DNA of 64,000 nucleotides, taken from the NCBI GenBank assembly GCA_965237955.1, contig OZ250169.1, positions 7,552,001 through 7,616,000 of the forward strand, written 5' to 3'. A program made the position numbers and the translations under genes. The notes beneath the pieces are model-generated. The model ran no database searches. It was given only the letters and a program-made list of their open reading frames with translations, and was not told the origin of the DNA. Shown piece by piece: positions 53,365-63,509 of the stretch. The stretch is from Candidatus Marinacidobacterales bacterium. GTDB lineage: Bacteria > Acidobacteriota > Vicinamibacteria > Marinacidobacterales > SMYC01. Positions within the stretch are counted from its first letter, which is position 1, and each line of letters begins with the position of its first letter.

Positions 53365-53898
53365 GCCTACGGGCCCGAACCGCGCCTGAGAATTCCCAAA
53401 TGGCGGTGGCGGCGATGACGGCAGCACATGAAATCGTCCCGTCAGCCCGTCGACAAGAACACGGAACGCGGATGCGTCGTCTCGCGTGCACCGCACAACC
53501 CAGAACGGTTTGTGAACCAATGCCCTATCGAGCACTTCGACCTCGGGAGCAATGAGCGCTCTTCGGCGCCGTCGCATGACGTAGCTTGTGTACCGCTCGG
53601 CGATGCGGCGCGCCTCTGCCTCGTCGATGCCCGCTGCGACAATGTCACGCGCATCGGGTTCGACGGTTTGAAGCTCGAACGCATCCGCAGTGGCACCAAG
53701 CCTTGTGCGCGCATCGACGAGACACGACGCCCGAAGGCCGCTCCGCCCAAGAAACGTTCTGGCGGTGTAGCGGAAATGAAACCAAAAGTACGGGTAGTAG
53801 AGCCTCCGCTCAGCCCGCGCCGTCCACCCCGGCGAGCTCGATTGAACGACACGCTCCGCTGCCCCGCCGCTCACGTCGCCCGCGATCGCGCGAATCAC
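53338..53898 (-). CDS. Hypothetical protein coupled to the symporter
   Basis: GTGA overlap with the symporter stop; internal repeat YYPYFW...LVDARTR / HKPFWV...LVDGLTG. Confidence 0.7.
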   Translation of the reverse strand: MIRAIAGDVSGGAAERVVQSSSPGWTARAERRLYYPYFWFHFRYTARTFLGRSGLRASCLVDARTRLGATADAFELQTVEPDARDIVAAGIDEAEARRIAERYTSYVMRRRRRALIAPEVEVLDRALVHKPFWVVRCTRDDASAFRVLVDGLTGRFHVLPSSPPPPFGNSQARFGPVGLLNVAERA

Positions 53899-55466
53899 TC
53901 GCGAGCCTCCTCTTCCAAAAGAGACCCGATTTGCTCGGCCTCGGGCCTCAGCGCGAAATCCGAAATCGCCAACATCTTTTCAGGGATAGGCCCCACTCGC
54001 ATCGTTTCATCCATGGCGGCCAGAATGTGCGGCTCGACCGGAGCGATGTTCTGTGTCGCAAGGCTCACCAATACGATGGTCACCGACGACGCGAGGATCC
54101 CGGCTGACATCGGCGCCAGGGTCGTCGGCTCGACGAGAGAGAGCACTTCCCACGAAACCGCGGTCGTGGCGCCCACGACCATCGAAGCGATGGCACCCGG
54201 CGTATTGGCCTTCCGCCACCAGACCGCGCAAAAAAACGCTGGCGCAAACGCGCTCCCCAACACCGACGTCGCGAAGATCACGACGAACACGACTGCCGGC
54301 GGCTCGGCGAGCGCGACGACATAGCCTATGGCGCCAATAGCGAGAACGAGACCGCGCGACACCCAGATCATTTGTCGCTCGGAAGCTTTCGGGTTGATGA
54401 AGCGCTCATAGAGATCGCGCGACGCGATCGAGCCTGTTTGCAATAGCAGCGAATCCGCGGTCGACATGATCGCGGCCATGATCGCGGCCATGACGATCCC
54501 GGTCACCGCGGCCGGCAGTAACGCATGCGCCACTTCGAAAATCGCCAGCTCGGGGTCACCTAGCTCGGGCAAGATCAAGATTGCAAGAATGCCGACGATG
54601 TAGGGAGCAGGAACGAACAGCAAATTCCACAGAGTCGTGTACGCTCCCGCGAGGCGGGCCGTCTCTGGGCGCTTCATCGCCATGTGGCGGGTGACGATGT
54701 GGGGCCAACCCATGTAGCCCGCGGAGAACACGAGGATCGCACCCGCCACCACGCCCCACTGCCCTTGAAACCCGAGGTCCCTTCCCCAAATCGACAAGAT
54801 CGTGGGATCGAGATCATGGAGCGCGAGATTGGCGGCAGTGAAGCCGCCGACATGGGCCAGCGCCGCGGCAAGAATCCAAACGACTCCTATTACCATGACC
54901 AGGCTCTGGAAGAAATCAGTGTAAGCCACGGCCAGGTAGCCGCCCAGAAACGTATAGATAATGATGATCGCGAGCGCGGCCAGGAGTGCCCACTCATAGT
55001 CGAGCCCGGTGACGAGGGCCATCCCTTTGCCGCCGGCGATGAATTGGGCGAGCACGTAAAACGCGAGCAAGAACACCGACAAGCTCGCGGCGATGAAGCG
55101 CGTGGCGGGCGACGGGTAGCGGTGCTCGAGGTATTCGATAGAGGTGAGCGAGCCCGTGATTTGCGAGAGCTTTCGCATCCGACGCCCGATGACGGAGAGG
55201 TTCAGCACGCCGCCACCGATGTCCCCGGCCACGAACCACAGCGACCAGTAGCCGGTGGTATAGGCAAGCGAGCCCGCGCCCAGAAACATGTAGCCGCTCA
55301 TCGAGGTGCTCTGGAGCGTCAGCGCGGTAACGAGAGGACCCACGTCCCTTCCGCCGAGGAGGTAGCCTTCGAGGTCCTTGCTCGCGCCCCGCCGCATCGC
55401 CCAGAACCCGATGCCGATAACGATGACGTAGTAGAGCACGAGAAAGAGAACGACCGTCTGGTTCAC
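53895..55466 (-). CDS. Sodium:solute symporter, proline (PutP-like)
   Basis: YLLGGR, SMSGY, GGYLAVAYTDFFQ, GWPHI..R, AAIMSTADS; GGAG RBS before GTG 55466. Confidence 0.9.
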   Translation of the reverse strand: MNQTVVLFLVLYYVIVIGIGFWAMRRGASKDLEGYLLGGRDVGPLVTALTLQSTSMSGYMFLGAGSLAYTTGYWSLWFVAGDIGGGVLNLSVIGRRMRKLSQITGSLTSIEYLEHRYPSPATRFIAASLSVFLLAFYVLAQFIAGGKGMALVTGLDYEWALLAALAIIIIYTFLGGYLAVAYTDFFQSLVMVIGVVWILAAALAHVGGFTAANLALHDLDPTILSIWGRDLGFQGQWGVVAGAILVFSAGYMGWPHIVTRHMAMKRPETARLAGAYTTLWNLLFVPAPYIVGILAILILPELGDPELAIFEVAHALLPAAVTGIVMAAIMAAIMSTADSLLLQTGSIASRDLYERFINPKASERQMIWVSRGLVLAIGAIGYVVALAEPPAVVFVVIFATSVLGSAFAPAFFCAVWWRKANTPGAIASMVVGATTAVSWEVLSLVEPTTLAPMSAGILASSVTIVLVSLATQNIAPVEPHILAAMDETMRVGPIPEKMLAISDFALRPEAEQIGSLLEEEARE

Positions 55467-55585
55467 GATTCGTCTCCGTCGTTCTCCCAGTTCCGGGAAA
55501 GGAACAGGAAACAAACGGTATAGAGGATCCACAGCGCCGGGAATCCAAAGACCAGAAAAGTAGTGCTCGCCGGTAAACCGAACAT
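55463..55585 (-). CDS. 40-aa single-TM protein upstream of the symporter (MFGLPASTTFLVFGFPALWILYTVCFLFLSRNWENDGDES)
   Basis: AAGGAG RBS, TATAAT upstream (55623-55628), GTGA coupling; below the ORF-track cutoff. Confidence 0.75.
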   Translation of the reverse strand: MFGLPASTTFLVFGFPALWILYTVCFLFLSRNWENDGDES

Positions 55586-55686
55586 GAGACGCTCCTTAGA
55601 CCCGTTGAGAAAACAGGCGCGTCATTATACTCGAGAACTCGGCATCCTTGTCCGTCTTCATAAGATGGGGGGAAACCACGGGTGCC

Positions 55687-56170
55687 ATGAATCTCTGTCT
55701 TCGCGTCATATCCGGCGCCGATAAACCATTCGACTATCGTTGCAGCTCGGATGTCGTCATCGGACGCTCACAAACCGCGGACCTGTGCATTCCGAGGGAC
55801 CGGTTCCTGTCGAAACGCCACGCCCGCGTGTTCGAGGACACCGGTGCGTGGTACGTCGAGGACCTCGGGTCACGGAACACGACCCTTTTGAACGGACAAC
55901 CGGTGGACGAACGGATCCAGGTGTTCGAAGGCGACGTGATTCGACTCTCTGATTGCCACATGGAAGTCACCTTCGTACCGGTGCCACGATCGGATGACAA
56001 CACCGCGGTTTACCGTGCGGCGGCGACGGTTCTCGAGCAAACGGACTCGAAGGAACGCCTTCAAGAGACGCCGGGCGAGCCCAGCCTCAAGCGCTATGTC
56101 GAGAGGCTTGCGCTCTTGAACGAAATACATCGGGCTCTCGCGAATCAAATGTCGCGCGACGAGCTGTTCG
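55687..56170 (+). pseudogene. FHA-domain signalling protein, truncated at the start of a GAF-like region
   Basis: IGRS, SKRHA, EDLGSRNTT.LNG; RLALLNEIHRAL then breaks. Confidence 0.75.
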
Positions 56171-56455
56171 GAACCAACCTTGGCCGCGACCATCGACAGC
56201 TTGAATGGAGCGCGGCTCGTCTACGAGCCTGGAGCTCGCGTCAAGTACTCGAACGCCGGCATCGCCATCGTCGGCTACGTGCTCGAGCGAATGGAGACAA
56301 CACCGTTCGCGGACTACGTCCGAGCCAACGTCATCGATCCCCTGGGTATGGAGCACTCTGATTTCGGAGTGAGCGCACGGGTTCGAGATGACGTCGCGAA
56401 AGGATTGATGTGGACCTACGATGGTCGCACGTTCGAGGCGCCCACGTTTCAGCTC
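56171..56455 (+). pseudogene. Internal fragment of a serine hydrolase / beta-lactamase class C-like protein
   Basis: YEPG...KYSNAG...G..LE, VIDPLGM..S; no SxxK and no ends. Confidence 0.75.
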
Positions 56456-56480
56456 GCGCGAACGCGGCCGCGCCACCCGA

Positions 56481-56582
56481 GCGCAAAGAACGCAGAGTAA
56501 ATCGCAGAGAAAAGCAAAAATAAGGACCAACGCGAACCGCGGTTTTTCTCCGCGAGTCCTCTGCGCTGCGTCTCTGCGGTGA
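56481..56582. repeat. CGCAGAG/CTCTGCG palindromic repeat element
   Basis: gcgcaaag-aacgcagag-taaatcgcagag ... ctccgcg, ctctgcg, ctctgcggtga. Confidence 0.7.
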
Positions 56583-56596
56583 GCTCTTATTTTTTT

Positions 56597-57980
56597 GGGT
56601 CTACGCGGAAATCTGTGGGCGAATGCTGACGGAGAAATAGTGTAACTCATTGTGTGGAAAAGGTATTCAGCACTTCATCAGGTGCTGAGAAGTGATCCGT
56701 TTTTCGGATAGGCTAACCGAGTGAAAAATCCCCAGTCGATCCGCTCGCTTTTTGCGCTACCAGGTTTCGTGGCTGGCGCCCGATTGAACGGTGTATTCGG
56801 TGACCGATACGCCCGCGTCATCCAGCTCAAGAGGCGAAAAAAACAGCCGTGTGCTCGTACTGTGGGCATCGGTGCCGGGGGCGCTATGACAAGCAAGTGT
56901 GCCGGGTCCGCGACCTGTCGTTGGCAGGCTGGCGGATCTATCTGGAATACGAGCGTTGGCGCGTCAACTGTCGTGGGTGCGGTGGTGTGCATGTAGAACA
57001 CTTGGACTGGCTGGCGAACAACCCGCGCTACACCCAGCGCTTTGCGACGCATGTGGGCAAGCTGTGCCGGGATATGCCGAACAAGGCGGTGGCCGAGATG
57101 GAACGTCTGCACCACACTACGGTGAAGGACCTGGATAAGCTCTACATGCAAGAGCAAGTCGAGCGGGCGGGGCTGCCGGCGCCTCGGGCCATCGGTATCG
57201 ATGAGATCTCCATCCGCAAGGGACATAACTATCGTGTCATTGTCAGCGACCTGGAGCGGGCGCGTCCCATCTGGGTGGGCGGTGAGGGTCGCAAAGAAAC
57301 CGACATCGATTTGTTCTTCAAGGCGCTGGGCGGGAAGAAAAGCGCCCGTATCAAGCTGGCCGCCATGGATATGTGGAAGCCCTTCCGGAACTCGGTGATT
57401 AACAACGCACCCAATGCGCGGATCATCTTCGACAAGTTTCATATCATGCGTCACCTGTCAAAGGCTCTCGATGAGGTCCGGCGCCGTGAGTACAAACGCC
57501 TCAGCGGCGAGGACCGGTCGTATATCAAGGGGCAGCGTTACACGTTGCTTTCCCGGCGGGAGAACCTGAGCCTGGACGGTCGCCGCGCACTCAAGAAGTT
57601 GCTCCAGGCCAACCGGCGCCTGAACACCGCCTATGTTTTGAAGGAGGCCTTCGGGCAACTCTGGGATTACCGCACCGAACGCGGGGCTCGCGCCTTTTTC
57701 ACACGTTGGAAAGACAGCCTCAAATGGCAGCGCCTGCATCCCTACCAGAAGTTCGCCGGAATGATTGAGTCCCATTGGGATGGTATCGCCTCCTACTGTC
57801 ATCCTGAGAACAAAGTCAGTCTCGGACTGGTTGAAGGGGTCAACAACAAAATCCGTGTTCTGCAACGACGCGCCTACGGCTATCGTGACGAGGGATATCT
57901 CAAGCTGAAGATCGTGGCGGCATTCCTTCCGCCATTACCCAGAAATGCCGTTTTCAACCCACACGAACCCGCGTAGACCC
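56597..57980 (+). mobile_element. ISL3-family element, 1384 bp, 8-bp target duplication ATTTTTTT
   Basis: Terminal IR GGGTCTACGCGG; ATTTTTTT at 56589-56596 and 57981-57988. Confidence 0.95.
56721..57976 (+). CDS. ISL3 transposase, needs a -1 frameshift at A7C (56837-56844)
   Basis: CSYCG/CRGCG zinc finger, IGIDE, MDMWK, DKFHI, VEGVNNKI, RRAYG. Confidence 0.9.
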
Positions 57981-57987
57981 ATTTTTT

Positions 57988-58203
57988 TTAGGTTTTGGCG
58001 CGGGTGCTAGTTGCGTGGGCGAGGACTACGGCTCCGACCATGAGCGTGGCGAAGGTCGAAAGCACCTCCACTGCATCGCTCGCGTCTTGCCAGAGCACGA
58101 GACCGTCACGGGCCATCGCGATGGCGATTCCGGTCATGAGGAGATAGATCGTCGCAACCGCAAGGATCAGCACGCAGCCACCAATCACATCTTTTTCTTT
58201 CAC
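57988..58203 (-). CDS. Small hypothetical membrane protein
   Basis: 71 aa, two hydrophobic segments, AAGG upstream; no recognisable family. Confidence 0.35.
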   Translation of the reverse strand: MKEKDVIGGCVLILAVATIYLLMTGIAIAMARDGLVLWQDASDAVEVLSTFATLMVGAVVLAHATSTRAKT

Positions 58204-58354
58204 GTGTCACCTTCGCAGCGTACACGGGTCCCGGCCGAGCTTTTTGGGCCCGGTTAATAGGGAGGGTCCTGAACTTGGATGGACGCCAATGGGTTGTAAG
58301 TCGTTACTTCCATCGTCGCAAGCGAAGATAGATCTGTCAATCCTTGATTGAGGC

Positions 58355-58389
58355 GCCATCGGCCATCAGCCATTGGCCATCGGCTTTCG
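58355..58389. repeat. GCCATYR heptamer tandem array
   Basis: gccatcg gccatca gccattg gccatcg gctttcg; same unit as 83-213. Confidence 0.8.
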
Positions 58390-58403
58390 CCTCGCGGTTG
58401 CAG

Positions 58404-59623
58404 CTAAGCTGCGCGGGCAGGGATGCGTTCGGGGGGCAATAACACTGCGGCAACGAACGCGGCGACGGCGATGACGGCGAGGAGAACGTAGACGATGGAC
58501 ATCTCGCCGGTGCGGCGGGTGACGAACGCCACCAGTGCGACCGCGAGCGGCGCCGCGCCGAAGCTCAGCACGAATTTCAATCCGAACGCGAGACCGTGAC
58601 GATGCGCGGGTGTGTGGTGGGCGAGAAGAAGACTCTCCGCCGGTAGCGCGCTCGTGTTCGCCATCACCATCATCGTGGCGATGAGCACGAGCGGCAGACC
58701 GCTCAGCGTCGACACGAGCCAAAGAGTCGGAACCTGGATGAAGATCGCCCCGACGTAGACCCACTTGAGGGAAAACCGGTCGGCCAAGTGTCCACCGAGC
58801 ACCTGCATCAAGCCCGCGACGCCATAGACGATGGCGACGAGAACGCCGACGCCGAACGCTCCGTCGGCAACGAGACCGTCTTGCCGTTGCTCCAAGAACT
58901 TCGGAAGCGACACCTGCGTGGTGTGAAAGATGAGGCCGGCGAGGAACATCGTGACCAGCAGAATGGGAAAAACGCGCTTCGAGCCTGCGGTCTCCGTGTT
59001 CGAGGTTCCGTCCGTGGTTACTGCGCTGTCCTCGATGAGACCGTTCATCCGAAAAAACAAGAGTGCCACGCCGGTGAGTGCGCACACGATCCCGGGTACG
59101 ATGAACGCCGCGCGCCAGCTCGCGACATCGATGAGAGACCCGGCGACGAGCCCGGCAAGAGCCGAGCCAAGCGCACCAAAAACACCGTTGATCCCGAGCG
59201 CCTTGCCCCGCGCGACGTTCGTGTTCCGGACGAGCCACGGTATGCCGACCGGATGATAGATCGCGGCAAACAATCCGATGCCCGGGAGCCCCGCCATCAA
59301 AAACCGCGGCGAGGATGACAGTCCCGCTGCAATCGACGCCCCCCCATGCCGACGAAGAAAAGAATCATCATGATGCTCGCCCCGATGCGATCGCTCAAAA
59401 GACCGGCTGGCAATGCAGCCACTCCGACAAGGAACGAGCCCAGCGTCCAGAGCTCGATGAGCTCGTGATACGGGAGCTTCCATTGCTCCTCGAGACTAAG
59501 GACGATGACGAAGTAGAACGCTGTACACAGGTGGATGTAGAGGTGCCCTAGGGAGGAGAACACGACGGCGATGCGCGATTCGAGCTTCGCGGGTGGGCTC
59601 CCGCCGTTTTGCTGTACCCTCAC
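58404..59623 (-). pseudogene. MFS transporter, frameshift in a G7 tract at 59339-59345
   Basis: GLLSDRIG, IYHPVG, GHLADRF; one more G gives VGMGGASIAAG in frame; start approximate. Confidence 0.85.
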
Positions 59624-59738
59624 CCCAGGCGCTTTCTCAAACGGCCCGCGCGCGGGAGAGGGAGGGTCGGAGCGTCGCGCGCGCGCCGGTCTTTCATGAT
59701 CGCATAGTATAATCCGCGCGCGTCCAAGGCCTCGATAT

Positions 59739-60422
59739 ATGAAAAATCTTTGTTCTCGATTCCTTCCCATCGTTTGCCTCGTCACCATGCTGGCGGCGCT
59801 CTACGCCATCTTCATCTACGCACCCACCGAGCGAACCATGGGTAACGTCCAGCGGATTTTCTACTTCCACATCTCCGCCTGGTGGGTCGCCGGCATCGCT
59901 CTTTTCGTCGTGTTCGTCGCGAGCGTGGCTTACCTTTGGAAACGCGAGCGTCGTTTCGATGCCGTCGCCCTCGCGTCGACCGAGATCGCCGTCTTGTTCA
60001 TGACCGTCGGGATCGTCACCGGTCCGATTTGGGCCAAGCCGGTTTGGGGAGTCTATTGGACGTGGGACCCGAGGCTCACCTCGGCTCTCGTGTGTTGGTT
60101 GATGTACGTCGCAATCCTGATGCTGCGACGCTACATCCCCGAGGAATCGAAGCGCTCGAACCTGTCCGCGGTCGCGGGCATCATGGCGTTCGTCAACGTG
60201 CCGTTCGTGTTCATGACCATCCGGCTGTTCCGCACCCAGCACCCGCAGCCCGTCATCGGCGGCGGCGACGAATCCGGGCTCGCGCCGGCCATGACCGACG
60301 CATTCCTCGTCACCCTCGTCGCGTTCACGTTCCTCTACCTGTGGTTGATGCAGAAACGACTCGCCGTCGAGGCGACCGAACAGCAAGTCGAAAAACTACA
60401 CAAGGAGCTCGAGCTCACGTGA
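59739..60422 (+). CDS. ccmC: Heme exporter CcmC
   Basis: RIFYFH, WAKPVWGVYWTWDPRLT, RTQHP; TATAAT at 59708. Confidence 0.95.
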   Translation: MKNLCSRFLPIVCLVTMLAALYAIFIYAPTERTMGNVQRIFYFHISAWWVAGIALFVVFVASVAYLWKRERRFDAVALASTEIAVLFMTVGIVTGPIWAKPVWGVYWTWDPRLTSALVCWLMYVAILMLRRYIPEESKRSNLSAVAGIMAFVNVPFVFMTIRLFRTQHPQPVIGGGDESGLAPAMTDAFLVTLVAFTFLYLWLMQKRLAVEATEQQVEKLHKELELT

Positions 60423-60553
60423 GCTATCTGTTCGCTGCCTACGCAGTCACCTGGATCCTCCTGTTCTTCTACCTCTTGGGAATTTCTGCGAAACAGAAGA
60501 AGCTCGACGCGGAGATCGCGACGCTCAAAAAACTCATCGAGCAGAAAAAGTAA
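60419..60553 (+). CDS. ccmD: CcmD
   Basis: MSYLFAAYAVTW, TM and charged tail; GTGA coupling to ccmC. Confidence 0.85.
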   Translation: MSYLFAAYAVTWILLFFYLLGISAKQKKLDAEIATLKKLIEQKK

Positions 60554-62191
60554 GCACTAAGCACTAAGTGTTGAGCCGCTCCGTTCGTTACGCAACCCAA
60601 GTCGTCCTCGCTCTGGTCTCCGTGCTGGTAGTGGCCCATACCGCACGACACGTCGCGGCGCTGACGAATCCCGTGCTCGAATTCGACGTCGGCCCAAACA
60701 CCGGCTCCTACCTCGAAGGGTTTACCGAAAGCGAAGAGCGCGTGCCGGTGACGTTTCGGTGGACGCGCGAGCGGGCGAGCGTCGCGCTACCGCTTGCGGG
60801 AACGGGTCCCAATGCGGTTCTGCAACTCCGCTTCGCTCGCTTTCTCGACGGCAATGCGACGGTGCGTCTGTTTGTCGACGGCGACCCCCAGGGTGTGTTC
60901 TCGGCTCGCTCGGGCCGCTTTCGAACTCTCGAGCTTCCGTTGAAGCTTCGCGTAGAGCCACCGAAGATCACGCTTCTCGTCGAGGATCCCGACGCCGAGC
61001 GTCTCGGAATCGCCATCGACTGGCTACGTATCGAGAACGCGCGATGGCGAGTTCCCGCGACGACGCTTCGTCCGACGGTGCTCCTCATCGGGGTCTTCCT
61101 GCTCACGCTCGCGCTCGGCTTTTCACTGCCTCGAGCCGTCGGCCTCGGCGCGATCGTAGCCGTGCTCCAAGCTGGTTGGTTTGCCCACGACCCTTTTGCA
61201 ATGGTGCATGCGCACGAGCAACTCTCTGCCATCGGGCTCTCGAGCGCCGCGCTCGTTGCCCTGGTTTCGGTCACGACCCGGCGGGCACGCGTTCTCCCCC
61301 TTCTCTTCCTATTGGGTTACTTCCTGAAAGGGGCTGCGCTGTTCCACCCTAGTTACTGGTACCCAGACGTGCGTCTCCATCGACGCTATGTCGAGATACT
61401 CGATACCGCGCAAGGGAGCATCGTCGAGCGAGGTATCGAAGCGCAAAAGGGCACCGGCACCGCCTATCCTCGTCGCCTGGTTGGACGAAACTACGCTTTG
61501 CCCTATTCACCGCTCTTCTACGTTCCGTTCACGTTCCTCGATCGCGACCCGACGCGGGCTCGAATCGAGCATGAAGCACGTGGGCCTGTTACTCGCGTCC
61601 GCCGAAGTGCTCCTCGTGTATGCCCTCGCGAGCTATCTCTTCGGGGCTCGTGTCGCTCTCATCGCGAGCGTCCTTGCGCTGTTCCTGCCGCCGCTCACGA
61701 GCCGGCTTCTGTACACGCAGTGGCCGACGCTCACGGGCCATCTCCTCGACGTGATGTCGATCGGCTTCGCCGCGAGCCTCGTGAAGCACCCGAACAAGAG
61801 GCCGCGGCTTTTTCGCTACGGCGCCGGCGTGCTCGCTTCGTTTCTGAGCTACATCTCGAGCCTCTTCAACATGACTCTTTTCACCGGTTGTCTCGCTCTC
61901 GTCGAGCGTCGCCGCGCTCTTTCACTCATTTTCGTCGCAGGCAGCGCCGGGTTGTTGACGATCTCGTTGCTTTATCTGCCGTTCGCCCGGGCATTCATGA
62001 CCGAGATCGTCCCCGCGATGATCGCGGGCGCCCCATCTACGCGCTCTGACGCTATCGGTTTTTTGGCAGCACTCGGACGGATCCATCTCTTCTACGGTTT
62101 CGGATTTCCGGTGTTCGCGCTCGGCGGCTTCGTGCTCGCGCGGCGCGACCCCGCGACGTTCCGTACGCTCGCGGCGTACGGTGCCACGTTC

Positions 62192-63380
62192 CTAGTCCCA
62201 TGGAACAGAAAAAGCTAGACAACACCGGCCCTTCTGTGATCTGCTAAATGCATGAAACACAAGGGCCGGCGAAAAGCCGAATTGAAGCTGTCGTCTCAAG
62301 AAAGCGAAGCGCTGACGCGACTGGCGCGACGCAGCCGTAGTTCGCCGCACCAAGCCTTCCGAGCGAAGATCGTGCTGGATTGCGCGGCGGGTCTGACGAA
62401 TATGGAAGTTGCTAGGAAGATGCACACCATGAGGAGCACGGTGGGCAAGTGGCGAAGACGCTTTGTAGAACAACGAATGGAAGGGTTGTACGACGAACCT
62501 CGGCCGGGAGCGGCTCGCAAAATCGGCGATGACCAGATCGAGGAAGTCGTGACCAAGACGCTGGAGACGACTCCAAAGGGGAGAACCCATTGGAGTACGC
62601 GCTCGATGGCCAAGCATCTTGGGCTGAGTCATTCGACGATTGGACGTATTTGGCGAACGTTCGGGCTTCAACCGCACCGCTCGGAATCGTTTCGTCTCTC
62701 GCAAGACCCACAACTGGTCGAAAAAGTACGCGACGTTGTTGGCCTGTATATGAACCCACCGGATAACGCGGTCGTCCTGTGCGTCGACGAGAAATCGCAG
62801 ATTCAAGCGCTCGAGCGTGCTCAACCTGTCCTGCCCATGAGCTTGGGCCAGCCCGAGCGACAAACCCACGACTACATTCGGCATGGAACGACTGACCTGT
62901 TTGCCGCACTCGACGCCGCAACAGGTGAAGTCTTCGGAAAGTGCTACGCGCGACATCGAGCGCTAGAGTTCAAGAAGTTCCTCGCTGAGATCGAAGCAGC
63001 CGTTCCCAGCGAGTTGGACATCCACGTCGTGCTCGACAATCTCGCCACGCACAAGACACCGGCGATCAAACGCTGGCTTTCCAAGCGACCTCGCTTCCAC
63101 TTTCACTTCACACCGACACACGCCTCTTGGCTCAACTTCGCTGAGCGCTTCTTTGGCTTGCTCACCGAACACGCCTTGCGACGAGGCTCGCACACGAGCG
63201 TGCCTCAGCTCCGCGTTGCGATACAAGACTATCTCGATGCTCACAACGAGAACCCAAAGCCGTTCAAGTGGACGAAATCCGCCGACCAAATCCTCGAAAC
63301 CATCGCTCGGTTCGCCCAGCGAACGCTCGATACACATGACAAATCGAATTTGGACAGTAATTAAAGATCCAGGGGACTAG
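62192..63380 (+). mobile_element. IS630-family element, copy 3 (includes flanking CTAG)
   Basis: Near-identical to copy 1. Confidence 0.96.
62252..63364 (+). CDS. IS630 transposase
   Basis: 370 aa, one substitution versus copy 1 (THDK vs THGK). Confidence 0.95.
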   Translation: MKHKGRRKAELKLSSQESEALTRLARRSRSSPHQAFRAKIVLDCAAGLTNMEVARKMHTMRSTVGKWRRRFVEQRMEGLYDEPRPGAARKIGDDQIEEVVTKTLETTPKGRTHWSTRSMAKHLGLSHSTIGRIWRTFGLQPHRSESFRLSQDPQLVEKVRDVVGLYMNPPDNAVVLCVDEKSQIQALERAQPVLPMSLGQPERQTHDYIRHGTTDLFAALDAATGEVFGKCYARHRALEFKKFLAEIEAAVPSELDIHVVLDNLATHKTPAIKRWLSKRPRFHFHFTPTHASWLNFAERFFGLLTEHALRRGSHTSVPQLRVAIQDYLDAHNENPKPFKWTKSADQILETIARFAQRTLDTHDKSNLDSN

Positions 63381-63509
63381 TCGCCTGGATCTTTGATTAC
63401 TATACAAAGTTAGGCTTTTCGCCAGCCCATAAGATTCATAAGATTCATGCACTTAGAATGGTTTCGGCAAGCTCTGCTTTATCTAGTTTGTTCTGATACA
63501 GGGGACTAG
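63377..63509 (-). mobile_element. 133-bp IS630-derived MITE sharing a CTAG with copy 3
   Basis: Ends CTAGTCGCCTGGATCTTTGATTACT and TCTGATACAGGGGACTAG resemble both IS630 ends; no transposase. Confidence 0.85.

Noticed and set aside
56171-56455. Beta-lactam resistance gene
   Set aside because: Internal fragment without the SxxK motif; the family includes many esterases and peptidases
58204-58354. Possible riboswitch or integrase attachment site (taagtcgttac)
   Set aside because: No convincing consensus, partner repeat, tRNA or integrase
60551-60569. TAAGCAC tandem heptamer after ccmD
   Set aside because: Only about 2.5 units; compatible with a simple slippage duplication
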